A program made the translations under genes and the position numbers. 64,000 nt of DNA, taken from Ignavibacteriae bacterium HGW-Ignavibacteriae-1. Lineage in GTDB: Bacteria > Bacteroidota > Ignavibacteria > Kapaibacteriales > UBA2268. Of the stretch, positions 51,535 to 60,202 are shown one piece after another. Location of the stretch: the NCBI GenBank assembly GCA_002839825.1, contig PGYU01000011.1:3218-67217 (forward strand). Reading direction: 5' to 3'. The stretch's first letter is position 1. Each line of letters opens with the position of its first letter. The notes under the pieces are model-generated. The model had not been told where the DNA came from, did no database searches, and saw only the letters and a program-made list of their open reading frames with translations.

Positions 51535-52061
51535 CTACATATTTCCATTTGTCAGCTTAGCTCTCCATAAATCTATTTCTGCATTATTATCACCTTCTGC
51601 TGTTTCTATTCTAAAGTTCTCAAGCTGTGAATTCATTTTATCAATATATGACTGGATTATTCTACCGATTTTTTTCGTCGAACCGGCATTTATTTTCTCT
51701 CATTAATTTCCTTTTCACATTCTTTAGCATAAAAGTGGGCAATATCATACTTAATTTGGGCATATTTCAATAATTGGTCTGTCATAAATTCAGGCTTGAC
51801 ATAGGAAGAATCTCTTCGTATTCCCGCAACTGATTCAACAGTAATTGTTCCAAACCAGAAACCTACATCTTTAGTAATGGTTACTATTGTCAAGTTTAAT
51901 GATAGTTTTAACGAATCACTAATACCAGGTTTCATTCGGAAATCTGACCACTCCAATTGGCTTTTGGACAGATAAGTAATGGTATCACCTTCGACTGCTC
52001 CGGCAGTGTAAATAACTGCCATGAATAAAACGATTAAGAGACAGGACTTTTTCATTTTCAC
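51535..52061 (-). pseudogene. frameshifted exported protein (DUF922-like)
   Basis: L.WSDF motif; one extra A near 51692 would extend the frame through INAGST...ETAEG...IDLW to TAG at 51535. Confidence 0.55.
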
Positions 52062-52126
52062 TCTTTTATTGGTTATAGTTCAAACTCAACTTCTATCTTA
52101 ATTGCAGAGACTTTTTCTTAAATCAC

Positions 52127-52205
52127 TGCCAACTCGTTTATTTACACCATACCACAAAATTCACTTTGCAAATCTAAGGAAAAAATTGGGAAATAGCAAA
52201 TTTAT
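52127..52205 (-). promoter_or_regulatory. module head: attI-like site (52127-52145) + -33/-7 promoter
   Basis: TTTG(52197-52200)-N20-TAGATTTG(52169-52176); GTAAAT-AAACGA-GTTGGCA. Confidence 0.75.
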
Positions 52206-52346
52206 AGAGATGGGGAAACCCTTATTGCCTATATTAGGAGTTGGGTTCTAAAGCTTTCTGATTCACAAAAATAAAATCCGCTTGTAAAGATTTACTCTAC
52301 AACCGGATATGTACGAACTCTAAAATAAATATTTACTAATCTAATC

Positions 52347-52847
52347 TTATTGAACTGCCCAGAAGAATCCGTCAGTTACAACTATTTCTGTTTTGTCATT
52401 TGCTACGAAAGTACCACTGAAAGAGCCTTTCACTATCCCTGTATAAACGCCGCCCTCGCCCATTGTTCCTACTTCAGTAAGAGTGATTTTGGCAATGCCA
52501 CGGTCATTATCTGCAAAATACGTAGTAGCACCATGTTTGAACCATACATTATATCTTCTGTATTCATTATCACCCACAGTGTTTTCATAAGTACCTGTCT
52601 CATCGGGAAGTGTACGCAGTTGAATCCCCGTCGCATTTGGTGAAACTACAGTAAAATAGTCCCGAACGGGTGTGTGTGACAGAACCTTACATTCCATAAA
52701 GGTGAAAGATTCACCCGCAATTTTATATTGAAGCCCTTCCTTAGTAAGTGGATTGCTTTTCGTAGAAGGACCGGTTGATTCATTGTCACTACAACTCGAT
52801 AATAACAAAACAAATAGCAATACTACAATGCTTAATACTCTCTTCAT
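52347..52847 (-). CDS. lipoprotein of unknown function
   Basis: Lipobox LSSC; C-terminal KGSFSGT....V.DG.F; hairpin at ~52276-52308 downstream. Confidence 0.75.
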   Translation of the reverse strand: MKRVLSIVVLLFVLLLSSCSDNESTGPSTKSNPLTKEGLQYKIAGESFTFMECKVLSHTPVRDYFTVVSPNATGIQLRTLPDETGTYENTVGDNEYRRYNVWFKHGATTYFADNDRGIAKITLTEVGTMGEGGVYTGIVKGSFSGTFVANDKTEIVVTDGFFWAVQ

Positions 52848-53127
52848 AAAATCTCCATTAAATTGTTGAGTAATAACTTATGTGGGTTCTAAAATTCATT
52901 TTATTTAAATTTTTCAGACACAAACCAGAACCCGTTTAAATCTGTGCTAAAAAAAGCACTACAAAGTTACAACTAATTTTTCAATTAATCAAAACTATCA
53001 ATATTTTTTGTGTTTGTGAAACAAGAAGCGGAGGCAGGCGTAAAATGAGTTTCATTTGAACATATTCCGGGAAATCTAATGAAATATTTGGGGATATGCA
53101 ATTTTTTGGGGGAGGGTGGGGAAGGGA

Positions 53128-53208
53128 GGAGAAAGTTTGGGAGAAGAAAGGAGATTGCATTAAGCAATGAACCGCCAATTTCTTGTAGCTGCTGTTAGCG
53201 GTTCGTGC
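53128..53208. repeat. 81-bp direct repeat, copy 1 (half attC-like)
   Basis: 75/81 identical to 55457-55537. Confidence 0.9.
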
Positions 53209-53382
53209 TTTCTTTGCTCATTTGTCCGTATTTCTGTTTTTCATTTTGTTTTACTTACATTGCAGTAGGTCATTTTAAAATTTCTTTTCTTAATTTGGTC
53301 GACTTTACTTGCTCTTTCACAGTCCAACTTTTCAGTGAATTTCAAAAATACACCAAAGTGGTTCAGTAGTATCAAAATGAGT

Positions 53383-54147
53383 TCAACTTTCCCAGTTTCT
53401 AAAAAATCTAATTCCAAAACTAATACAACAAATTATTACAATTAAAGAACCTGCAAAAGGTTGCCAATTAATTGCTGCATCATTTATAATTATTTGAGAT
53501 TCTTCAATTAGGTGAGATGGCGAATAAACACCTGTTTTACCAAGTATCGAAACCAAACCTAATAAAAGCATAGTCATGAATGCAAGAATTCCTGCTGGTA
53601 TCTGAGTTTTCATTAAAATACTAAAAAATATTGTAATAGATTGAACAACTACTAAATAAATAAACAGAATCAAAGATATTTTAGCAAATAAAATCATCGA
53701 AAATGTTCCGAAAAATATTTTTGTATATAAAACTACAGTTAAGAAACCCACCGCCATGGAAACAAAAAGCAAGATAAACTGGGATAAAAATTTACTTAAA
53801 ATAAACAGATTTCTTGAAACAGGTTTTACTAATAAAAATGAAGCCGTGCCGTTTTCCTTTTCCCTTGCCACTGTTCCCATACTCAATAGAATAATTATAA
53901 AAACACCCATTTGAGAAATATTTTTTACAAATTGTCCAATTGCATCTTTCCAAGTGGCTTCAGGAATCTGAATTGTGATATTTTGGCCCTTTACCATTGA
54001 TGAAATAATGTCAGGCATAAATTTGGCGGTAAGTGGCGATACAATTCCAAAAAACAAAAAGACAGCAAGCAAAATTATCAATCGCGATGAACGCCACTGC
54101 TCAGTAAATTCTTTATTTATCAATACCAAAAATAGATTAGTTTTCAT
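53383..54147 (-). CDS. ABC-2 type transporter permease
   Basis: KE..E.WR, VAREKENGT...LLVKPVSR......SKF. Confidence 0.88.
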   Translation of the reverse strand: MKTNLFLVLINKEFTEQWRSSRLIILLAVFLFFGIVSPLTAKFMPDIISSMVKGQNITIQIPEATWKDAIGQFVKNISQMGVFIIILLSMGTVAREKENGTASFLLVKPVSRNLFILSKFLSQFILLFVSMAVGFLTVVLYTKIFFGTFSMILFAKISLILFIYLVVVQSITIFFSILMKTQIPAGILAFMTMLLLGLVSILGKTGVYSPSHLIEESQIIINDAAINWQPFAGSLIVIICCISFGIRFFRNWES

Positions 54148-54153
54148 TCCTGT

Positions 54154-55080
54154 TTAGCGTATTAATTTTACAAAAACATCTTCAAGTCCGGCATCTTTCA
54201 TTTCAAACTTATCAATAGAAAAAATATTTGCAGAAATTATATTCAAACATTCGTGTTTAAAGCGATCAATATCTACCGAATTGATTGTTATCTTTCTATA
54301 CTCCTCATTTAAAATAAAATCCCATTTCATCCCTTTTACAATATCTATAAATGATAGAAAAGAATCAATTGATTCAAACACGATTTCAATTTGTTTAGAT
54401 GCAAAACGTTTTCTCAAATTCTGCATTTTGTCCTGTACTACTAATTGTCCTTTATCAATAATTGCCACACTATCACATATTCTTTCCACATCTGAAAGGA
54501 TATGAGTTGACATAAAAATGGTTGTATTTTGTTTCAATTCCAGAATGAATTCCAATACTTCTTTTCTACCGATTGGGTCAAGTGCAGAAGTTGGCTCATC
54601 CAAAAACAATACTTCAGGTTTTCCCATCAGAGCTTGAGCAATACCAAGTCGTTGAAGCATCCCACCTGAATAAGCTGAAATCTTTTTATTTGCAGATTCT
54701 GATAAACCTGCTAAATTCAACATTTCGTTTGCTCTTTTCTTGCTTTCTGAATTTGAAAATCCAAAAACTTTTCCAACAAACACCAACAATTCCAATCCTT
54801 TCATCCACCCATACATCTTGGGTTCCTGTCCAAGATACCCAATTTTCTTTCTAAGACTAACTGAGTTCAGCTTCACTTCTTCTCCTGCTACCATCGCTTC
54901 TCCACCTGATGGTTTCATCATCCCTGTTAGTATTTTTATTGTTGAGGTTTTCCCTGCGCCATTAGGACCGAGAAACCCAAAAACAGTATTCTTCTCAACA
55001 GATAAATCTAATCCTGAAAGAGCATATATTGAATCACCCTTATACTGTTTTTTCAGTCCACTACACTTAATCATTGTCAT
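54154..55080 (-). CDS. ABC transporter ATP-binding protein
   Basis: GPNGAGKT, YSGGM, LDEPT, STH. Confidence 0.95.
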   Translation of the reverse strand: MTMIKCSGLKKQYKGDSIYALSGLDLSVEKNTVFGFLGPNGAGKTSTIKILTGMMKPSGGEAMVAGEEVKLNSVSLRKKIGYLGQEPKMYGWMKGLELLVFVGKVFGFSNSESKKRANEMLNLAGLSESANKKISAYSGGMLQRLGIAQALMGKPEVLFLDEPTSALDPIGRKEVLEFILELKQNTTIFMSTHILSDVERICDSVAIIDKGQLVVQDKMQNLRKRFASKQIEIVFESIDSFLSFIDIVKGMKWDFILNEEYRKITINSVDIDRFKHECLNIISANIFSIDKFEMKDAGLEDVFVKLIR

Positions 55081-55273
55081 TATTTTTAATTAAAACGATA
55101 TACAAAACAGGCCCAATAAACTGAATACAAGCAAATAGTGCAAGCCAAGCCCATTTACCTATCCATTTGAATTCTTTTCTTTTTAACCAATCAGTAAGAC
55201 AATATAGGATAAGTCCTATATTGATCAGAGCTAAGGGGATAATGCCCCATAAATACATTATTTTAAATTCCAT
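55067..55273 (-). CDS. PLDc_N-like small membrane protein
   Basis: L.D, KW.W, IGP.LY. Confidence 0.75.
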   Translation of the reverse strand: MEFKIMYLWGIIPLALINIGLILYCLTDWLKRKEFKWIGKWAWLALFACIQFIGPVLYIVLIKNNDND

Positions 55274-55363
55274 GATTATTGATTATTATAAAATTTACAT
55301 TCAAATGATTATTTTTTTTTCTTTAGTAACATTACCAAATTTACTTGCTGTTAACAACATCAA

Positions 55364-55440
55364 CGGTAACTCATTTATTTACGAACTCTCAATAAATGAT
55401 TTGCAAATCTAAGAAAAAAATTGTGAATTTGCAAATTTAA
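55364..55440 (-). promoter_or_regulatory. module head: attI-like site (55364-55382) + -33/-7 promoter
   Basis: TTTG(55432-55435)-N20-TAGATTTG(55404-55411); GTAAAT-AAATGA-GTTACCG. Confidence 0.75.
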
Positions 55441-55456
55441 AGAGATGGTAAAAGGG

Positions 55457-55537
55457 GGAGAAAGTTTGGCAGGAGAAAGAAGATTGCATTAAGCAATGAA
55501 CCACCAATTTCTTGTAGGTGCTGTTAGAGGTTCGTGC
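55457..55537. repeat. 81-bp direct repeat, copy 2 (half attC-like)
   Basis: 75/81 identical to 53128-53208. Confidence 0.9.
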
Positions 55538-55663
55538 AATTCCGTCCTTAAGATATATTTGTCAAGATTACACGAATAGTCATATCTCAAAAGAGTTTCG
55601 CCCAATTAGTACAATCTAATTAAACGCCTGTTTTAAGGAAGTTTATTTTATGTTAGCAAACGA

Positions 55664-56689
55664 CTACATAAAAGGTGCTCCTATCCTTTCGCCAATCTTT
55701 TTAGTGCCTTGCCAGCTTCCCCAGGAAGCAATAGCAATTAGTTCATTATCACCCAAGCCAACCTTTCTTATTTCATTCATATGGGCTTCAGTTATTTTAT
55801 ACGGTTCAGTCGCAATCAGTAAAATGAATTGTGCTATTACTTTTTCAGAGTGTTCAAGATCTTTTGTTACATCATCAATCCATTTGTTGCCGAACCCTTG
55901 ATTTTCTCCCGTCCATTCAGCCAAATAATTTGATACTGTTGTTTTTACTCTCAATGGGATGACCTCTTCACCAATTTGATTTATTAATTCATCAAATCCC
56001 GAAAAACTATTTTTAATATGATGGTTGGATTCTGCCCACGAAAATTCTTTTGATGCAGGGATGGAAGTCAACCATTTCAATGATTTTCCAGGTATAGCCA
56101 CAACACCTGTAATATTTACTCCAGCAGTCATTTTGAAAAATGATGATATGATTGGTGTTAACCAATGCAACAAGCTTGGTAATGGAAGAGGATACTCTGT
56201 AACAAACACACTGACCATGCGATTTACGTAATGGAAAGCAAGCGCTGTTCCAATGATTTCAGGCGATTCGATTATTGTAAATGGTGGATTCTGAATGAGC
56301 GAATTACCCCTATAATGAGATTTGCTCCATTCAAAAAGAGCGCCATGCTCTTTATCGATTTTACCTCCAGACATTTTAATGTGCGCTTCCTGACAATAAG
56401 GGCATTGATTGCTAATGGAAACACCTCCTGCAATAGCTTCTTTGGTAATGCGCTTTACCTTACCGTTGACAATTAATGATTCCCTAACCAAACTCCACAT
56501 GCCTGCCATAATCTTAGGGTTTGAAGCATGTAAAGTAAACGGAGCACCCAAGACATAATCATAGCTTATTTCATTATATATTCTTCGGACATCTCCTGCT
56601 GAATCAGAATACTTTATTGGTGTCAAAAATCTAATTGTTCGATGGACAATACTTTTAAAAATAAAATTTGAAATACTTTTAGGAATCAT
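55664..56689 (-). CDS. AhpD/carboxymuconolactone decarboxylase family protein
   Basis: KEAIA..VS..NQCPYC..AH; R'' TGCTAAC at 55652-55658 just after the stop. Confidence 0.8.
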   Translation of the reverse strand: MIPKSISNFIFKSIVHRTIRFLTPIKYSDSAGDVRRIYNEISYDYVLGAPFTLHASNPKIMAGMWSLVRESLIVNGKVKRITKEAIAGGVSISNQCPYCQEAHIKMSGGKIDKEHGALFEWSKSHYRGNSLIQNPPFTIIESPEIIGTALAFHYVNRMVSVFVTEYPLPLPSLLHWLTPIISSFFKMTAGVNITGVVAIPGKSLKWLTSIPASKEFSWAESNHHIKNSFSGFDELINQIGEEVIPLRVKTTVSNYLAEWTGENQGFGNKWIDDVTKDLEHSEKVIAQFILLIATEPYKITEAHMNEIRKVGLGDNELIAIASWGSWQGTKKIGERIGAPFM

Positions 56690-56795
56690 GTGGTATCTGT
56701 ATTATTGAGATGATTATGAAATTTTTAATTGTTTGTTGTCGTTTTGTTGTCGTTTGTTAAACCTGCTAGGATACATGCATACTTTTTAGGGTTCA

Positions 56796-56915
56796 TACCA
56801 ACTCATTGCTTCAAGTTATAGAAATCTCTCAATACAATATACAAATCTAATAAATAATTTAATATTAACAAAATTATATTGTATTAATAACAAAATATCT
56901 CTATATATCCAAATT
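56796..56915 (-). promoter_or_regulatory. module head: eroded attI-like site + TAGATTTG promoter (56842-56849)
   Basis: CAATGA-GTTGGTA; upstream part resembles 40875-40955 and 42340-42420. Confidence 0.6.
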
Positions 56916-56927
56916 AATAACCCCTCT

Positions 56928-58277
56928 CTACACCCCCGATATTTTGAAGATGCCGAGCAGGATGACAAAGACTACGATTGGGATTACGAATTTGATTAGA
57001 ATTTTCCAAAGTGGGGCGAACTTGGCGAAAAGGGGGCTGCCGATTTCGAGTTCGCGGGCGGCTTTGTCGGCTCCCCACACCCAAGCAATGAAAATGCACA
57101 GTATCAGGGCGCCGATTGTCAGGAACATGTCTCCGAAAATGAAGCTCATTTGGCTCAAGAAATCGGGTGGCGACAAGCTGAGTGGGATTAGCCCGAAATT
57201 GGTGAAGAAGTCCACCGAACCTTGCGATAGCGCCGATGGCAAGCCGATGATGAACACGAATGCCGCTACGAGCCACACAATTTTAGAGCGTTTCAGATTC
57301 TTTTGGTCAACTAAGTAGGAGACCGGGACTTCGAGCAATGACATGGTCGAGGTGAGTGCTGCAATCGAAAGCAAAACGAAGAAAAAGGCGCCAACGATTG
57401 CTCCGCCCGGCATTTGCATAAATAGCTGCGGAAATACGATGAATACAAGCGCCGGACCCGATGCGGGGTTTTCGCCCATTGCAAATAGTGCGGGGAAAAT
57501 TATTAAACCCGCCATAATTGCTATTGCAGCATCTGTGAGCGCGATGATTATTGCTGCGGAAAATATATCTATGCTCTTGGGGATGTAACTGCCGAAAGTG
57601 ACCATCAGCCCCAATCCCAAACTTAGGGAGAAAAACGCCTGCCCGAGAGCCGCGAGCACGGTCTTGAAAGTGATTTTTGAAAAGTCGGGGAGAAGGTAAA
57701 ATTCCAATCCTGCGGATGAGCCCGGCAACAAATTGGCGTAAATGATTAGCCCGATGATAATCAGTAAAAGCACAGGCATTAGGATTTTCGACCACTTTTC
57801 AATGCCGCTTGCGACACCTTTGTAAACTATGAGCGTGGTCATCAAGATAAATACGGCGTACAGCCCGATTTCGATAAGTGGATTGGCAATGAAAGCCCCG
57901 AAGTCGCTTGTATCGGCTGCGATTGATTTGAAAATGAAGCCGAATGTCCAACCCGCAATTACACCGTAAAAGGATAAAATCCCGATACTTGTGATGATGC
58001 CCATAAATCCTGCAATTCGCCATTTGGTGCCGGGTTTAACCTTGTCTATTGCACCGACGGCGTTGAGTTGTGTGGCTCTGCCGAGCGAAAATTCAGCCAG
58101 CATGTAGGGCAAACCGATGAGCAGAACGAAGATGAGGTATAGCACTACGAATGCGGCACCACCATTTTCGCCAACGATATACGGATAGCGCCAGATATTG
58201 CCCAAACCTATTGCAGAGCCTGCCGCCGCCATTATAAACCCAAATTTCGAACTCCAAAGCCCACGTTCGTCTTGCAT
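56928..58277 (-). CDS. sodium-dependent transporter (NSS/SNF family)
   Basis: GFIMAAAGSAIGLGNIWRYPY..GENGG, GQAFFSLSLG. Confidence 0.95.
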   Translation of the reverse strand: MQDERGLWSSKFGFIMAAAGSAIGLGNIWRYPYIVGENGGAAFVVLYLIFVLLIGLPYMLAEFSLGRATQLNAVGAIDKVKPGTKWRIAGFMGIITSIGILSFYGVIAGWTFGFIFKSIAADTSDFGAFIANPLIEIGLYAVFILMTTLIVYKGVASGIEKWSKILMPVLLLIIIGLIIYANLLPGSSAGLEFYLLPDFSKITFKTVLAALGQAFFSLSLGLGLMVTFGSYIPKSIDIFSAAIIIALTDAAIAIMAGLIIFPALFAMGENPASGPALVFIVFPQLFMQMPGGAIVGAFFFVLLSIAALTSTMSLLEVPVSYLVDQKNLKRSKIVWLVAAFVFIIGLPSALSQGSVDFFTNFGLIPLSLSPPDFLSQMSFIFGDMFLTIGALILCIFIAWVWGADKAARELEIGSPLFAKFAPLWKILIKFVIPIVVFVILLGIFKISGV

Positions 58278-58329
58278 AATTTAATCCAAATTAGCGAAAA
58301 ATAATTCGACTAAAATAAAGATTATTGAT

Positions 58330-58526
58330 TAATCGTGCAAACTAATTGCTAATTGGGGCTTTTTGAAGTGTAGCCCATTTGTTAGAGAGCCAAATAATTC
58401 GCTGAAAAAGGTCGGTGATGTAGAGCAGTAGCGGTTTATCTTCGGCTTGGATGTCTGAATCCAAACTTAGATATTGCTTGCGGATGCGTTCCATCAAATC
58501 GCCGCGGTCGTTTGTTGCGTTGATTA
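58330..58526 (-). pseudogene. 197-bp duplicate of the 3' end of the Na/Pi cotransporter gene
   Basis: Aligns without gaps to 60191-60387 with 13 mismatches. Confidence 0.95.
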
Positions 58527-58557
58527 TGAACGTCAAATTTGGTAGTCTTTAAAATAC

Positions 58558-58691
58558 CGCTAACGGTCCTGGTATAGCCACAGTAGCGGATTTGCGGGCT
58601 TCGTCACTGTCCACCGCTGCAAAAGCCCACGCGGGGAAGCGAACGCAAAACTAGCACAAAACCCGCTATTGTTGGCTATACCATGTTAGCT
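58558..58691 (-). repeat. complete attC-like site (134 bp)
   Basis: Minus strand: AGCTAAC atggtatagccaacaatagcgg...ccgctactgtggctatacc aggacc GTTAGCG; imperfect hairpin with bulged bases. Confidence 0.85.
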
Positions 58692-59456
58692 GTGGTTTTT
58701 CTTTTCGTCATTCGTTAATTCTATTGTCAGTTCTGCTAAACATTGAAGTCCAATAGCTCCATCTGTCAACGGTTTGTCGCCAAAAGTGTCCAAAAACTTA
58801 TTGATTTCTTCAAGTTTAGGTTCAATTACTTTTATTATATCCTTTCGTTGTTTTGTTGAAACTCCTTCAATTAATTCATCTCTTTCAAAGTCGTCAGTAA
58901 TTGCCAAATTCTCAAACTTTAAGAGTATTTGTCTAAGGTCAGTTGGCAAGTCGGAATAGTCTGCTCCTTTGATTTTGTCTGGAAAGTTCTGTTCGATTAT
59001 TGTTTTAATTCTTTTGCCAACTTCGATTTCAGGTAAAAGGTGTCGTTTATGGTTCAATGTAAGCTGTAATGAATTTCTATAAATTGTCAGACCTTCACTG
59101 TTGTCAAAGTCAAGTGTTTTTAATTCGTCTTTGAGCATCTCAATACAGCTAATAACTTGGTCGTTTTCTGAATTGTCTGTATAGATTTTCCCAATTCCGT
59201 TTATTTCTTTAAGTTTTTTATCAGCAAAACAAACTTTGTCAGCAATGTTTATGGAAAAAAGTAATGAAGTCATGAAGGGTATTTCCAACTTTAATGAGTT
59301 AGTAAAAACCCAAATTTTAAATCTATTTTCTTTGTCGTCTTTGAATTTAAAAAGTCGTGTTGATTTGTCATTCAGATTAGGGTCAAAGAGATTTACTTCC
59401 TGACTTGTTGGCCGGAATATTTTCACCTTGTTTCGTATGTCTTGCTCTGTCTTCAT
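58686..59456 (-). CDS. hypothetical cassette protein
   Basis: 256-aa ORF bounded by GTTAGCTGTG / CACAGCTAAC; stop codon lies within R''. Confidence 0.8.
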   Translation of the reverse strand: MKTEQDIRNKVKIFRPTSQEVNLFDPNLNDKSTRLFKFKDDKENRFKIWVFTNSLKLEIPFMTSLLFSINIADKVCFADKKLKEINGIGKIYTDNSENDQVISCIEMLKDELKTLDFDNSEGLTIYRNSLQLTLNHKRHLLPEIEVGKRIKTIIEQNFPDKIKGADYSDLPTDLRQILLKFENLAITDDFERDELIEGVSTKQRKDIIKVIEPKLEEINKFLDTFGDKPLTDGAIGLQCLAELTIELTNDEKKNHS

Positions 59457-59464
59457 AAAATCAC

Positions 59465-59597
59465 AGCTAACGTGTTCGTGTATGGAAAGTTGCGTGTTTG
59501 TGGGCGAGGATTTTCCGAAGGAAAATCGGAAGCCAGCAAAAAGGCAACCAACTTTATGCTAGCTAAAACTAGCAATTTTTTATACACGGTGTTAGCA
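59465..59597 (-). repeat. complete attC-like site (133 bp)
   Basis: Minus strand: TGCTAAC accgtgtataaaaaattgc...gcaactttccatacac gaacac GTTAGCT. Confidence 0.85.
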
Positions 59598-60101
59598 AAC
59601 GTTTTTATTAGTCGGTTCAATTATTGTTTTTTTCATTCCGCTTATTAAATTCCGTTCCATTAGTTTAGTTATAAGCCAAAAAAATGGAAACAAGACAATC
59701 CATAAGCAACCAAATCCGGTATAATATCCGAAATTTTTTCCGTCAAAGCTTTTATTCCAATATACTTTTGATTGGTAGTGTTTACCGAAAAAATAAAAAT
59801 CCTTACTCGACCAGCCTTTTTCCAAAGCAGGTTTAAGAAATTCATTCAGTCGGTTTTTTTCCTTTTCGTTAAATTCCGCTTCCCAAAATTCTCCCGACCA
59901 ACCTTTCGTTTTTGGATTGTAGAATTGTACATCTCCGATTTTTTTCCAATCTTCATCAGGATAGATAAAGTCAAATCTTGTTTCGGTCAAATTATGAGTC
60001 AAACTATAAATTCCAACTTCTCCTTTTTGAGTTTTATCCTCAATTTGGAAGTCGGAAATAGGACTAAACTTCGATTCTATATATTCTTTCCAAGTATTCA
60101 C
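59592..60101 (-). CDS. hypothetical cassette protein with C-terminal TM helix
   Basis: 169-aa ORF bounded by GTTAGCAAAC / GTTTGCTAAC; stop codon lies within R''. Confidence 0.78.
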   Translation of the reverse strand: MNTWKEYIESKFSPISDFQIEDKTQKGEVGIYSLTHNLTETRFDFIYPDEDWKKIGDVQFYNPKTKGWSGEFWEAEFNEKEKNRLNEFLKPALEKGWSSKDFYFFGKHYQSKVYWNKSFDGKNFGYYTGFGCLWIVLFPFFWLITKLMERNLISGMKKTIIEPTNKNVC

Positions 60102-60110
60102 TCAAATGTT

Positions 60111-60185
60111 TGCTAACTCATTTATTTACGTACTCTCTGTAAATGATATGCAAACATAACAAAATATTCCCAATTTTCCAAATAC
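60111..60185 (-). promoter_or_regulatory. module head: attI-like site (60111-60129) + -33/-7 promoter
   Basis: TTTG(60179-60182)-N20-TATGTTTG(60151-60158); GTAAAT-AAATGA-GTTAGCA. Confidence 0.8.
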
Positions 60186-60202
60186 GCCCCTAATCCTGCA
60201 AA

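Larger units (their letters stand above)
38040..56915 (-). mobile_element. integron-like array of promoter-attI-cassette modules, no integrase in window
   Basis: Co-oriented cargo genes, recurring promoter + GTAAAT-N6-GTT sites, RYYYAAC-type ends at or just after stop codons. Confidence 0.75.

Noticed and set aside
52981-53178. Pro/Ser-rich short ORFs
   Set aside because: Produced by the pyrimidine-rich eroded attC-promoter junction.
40839-60185. Recurring intergenic motif as a CRISPR array
   Set aside because: Copies are degenerate, separated by whole genes (about 1-3 kb), and no cas genes are present.
26908-60190. Prophage, ICE or IS element as the origin of the accessory region
   Set aside because: No integrase, transposase, relaxase or phage structural gene was recognised in the ORF track.
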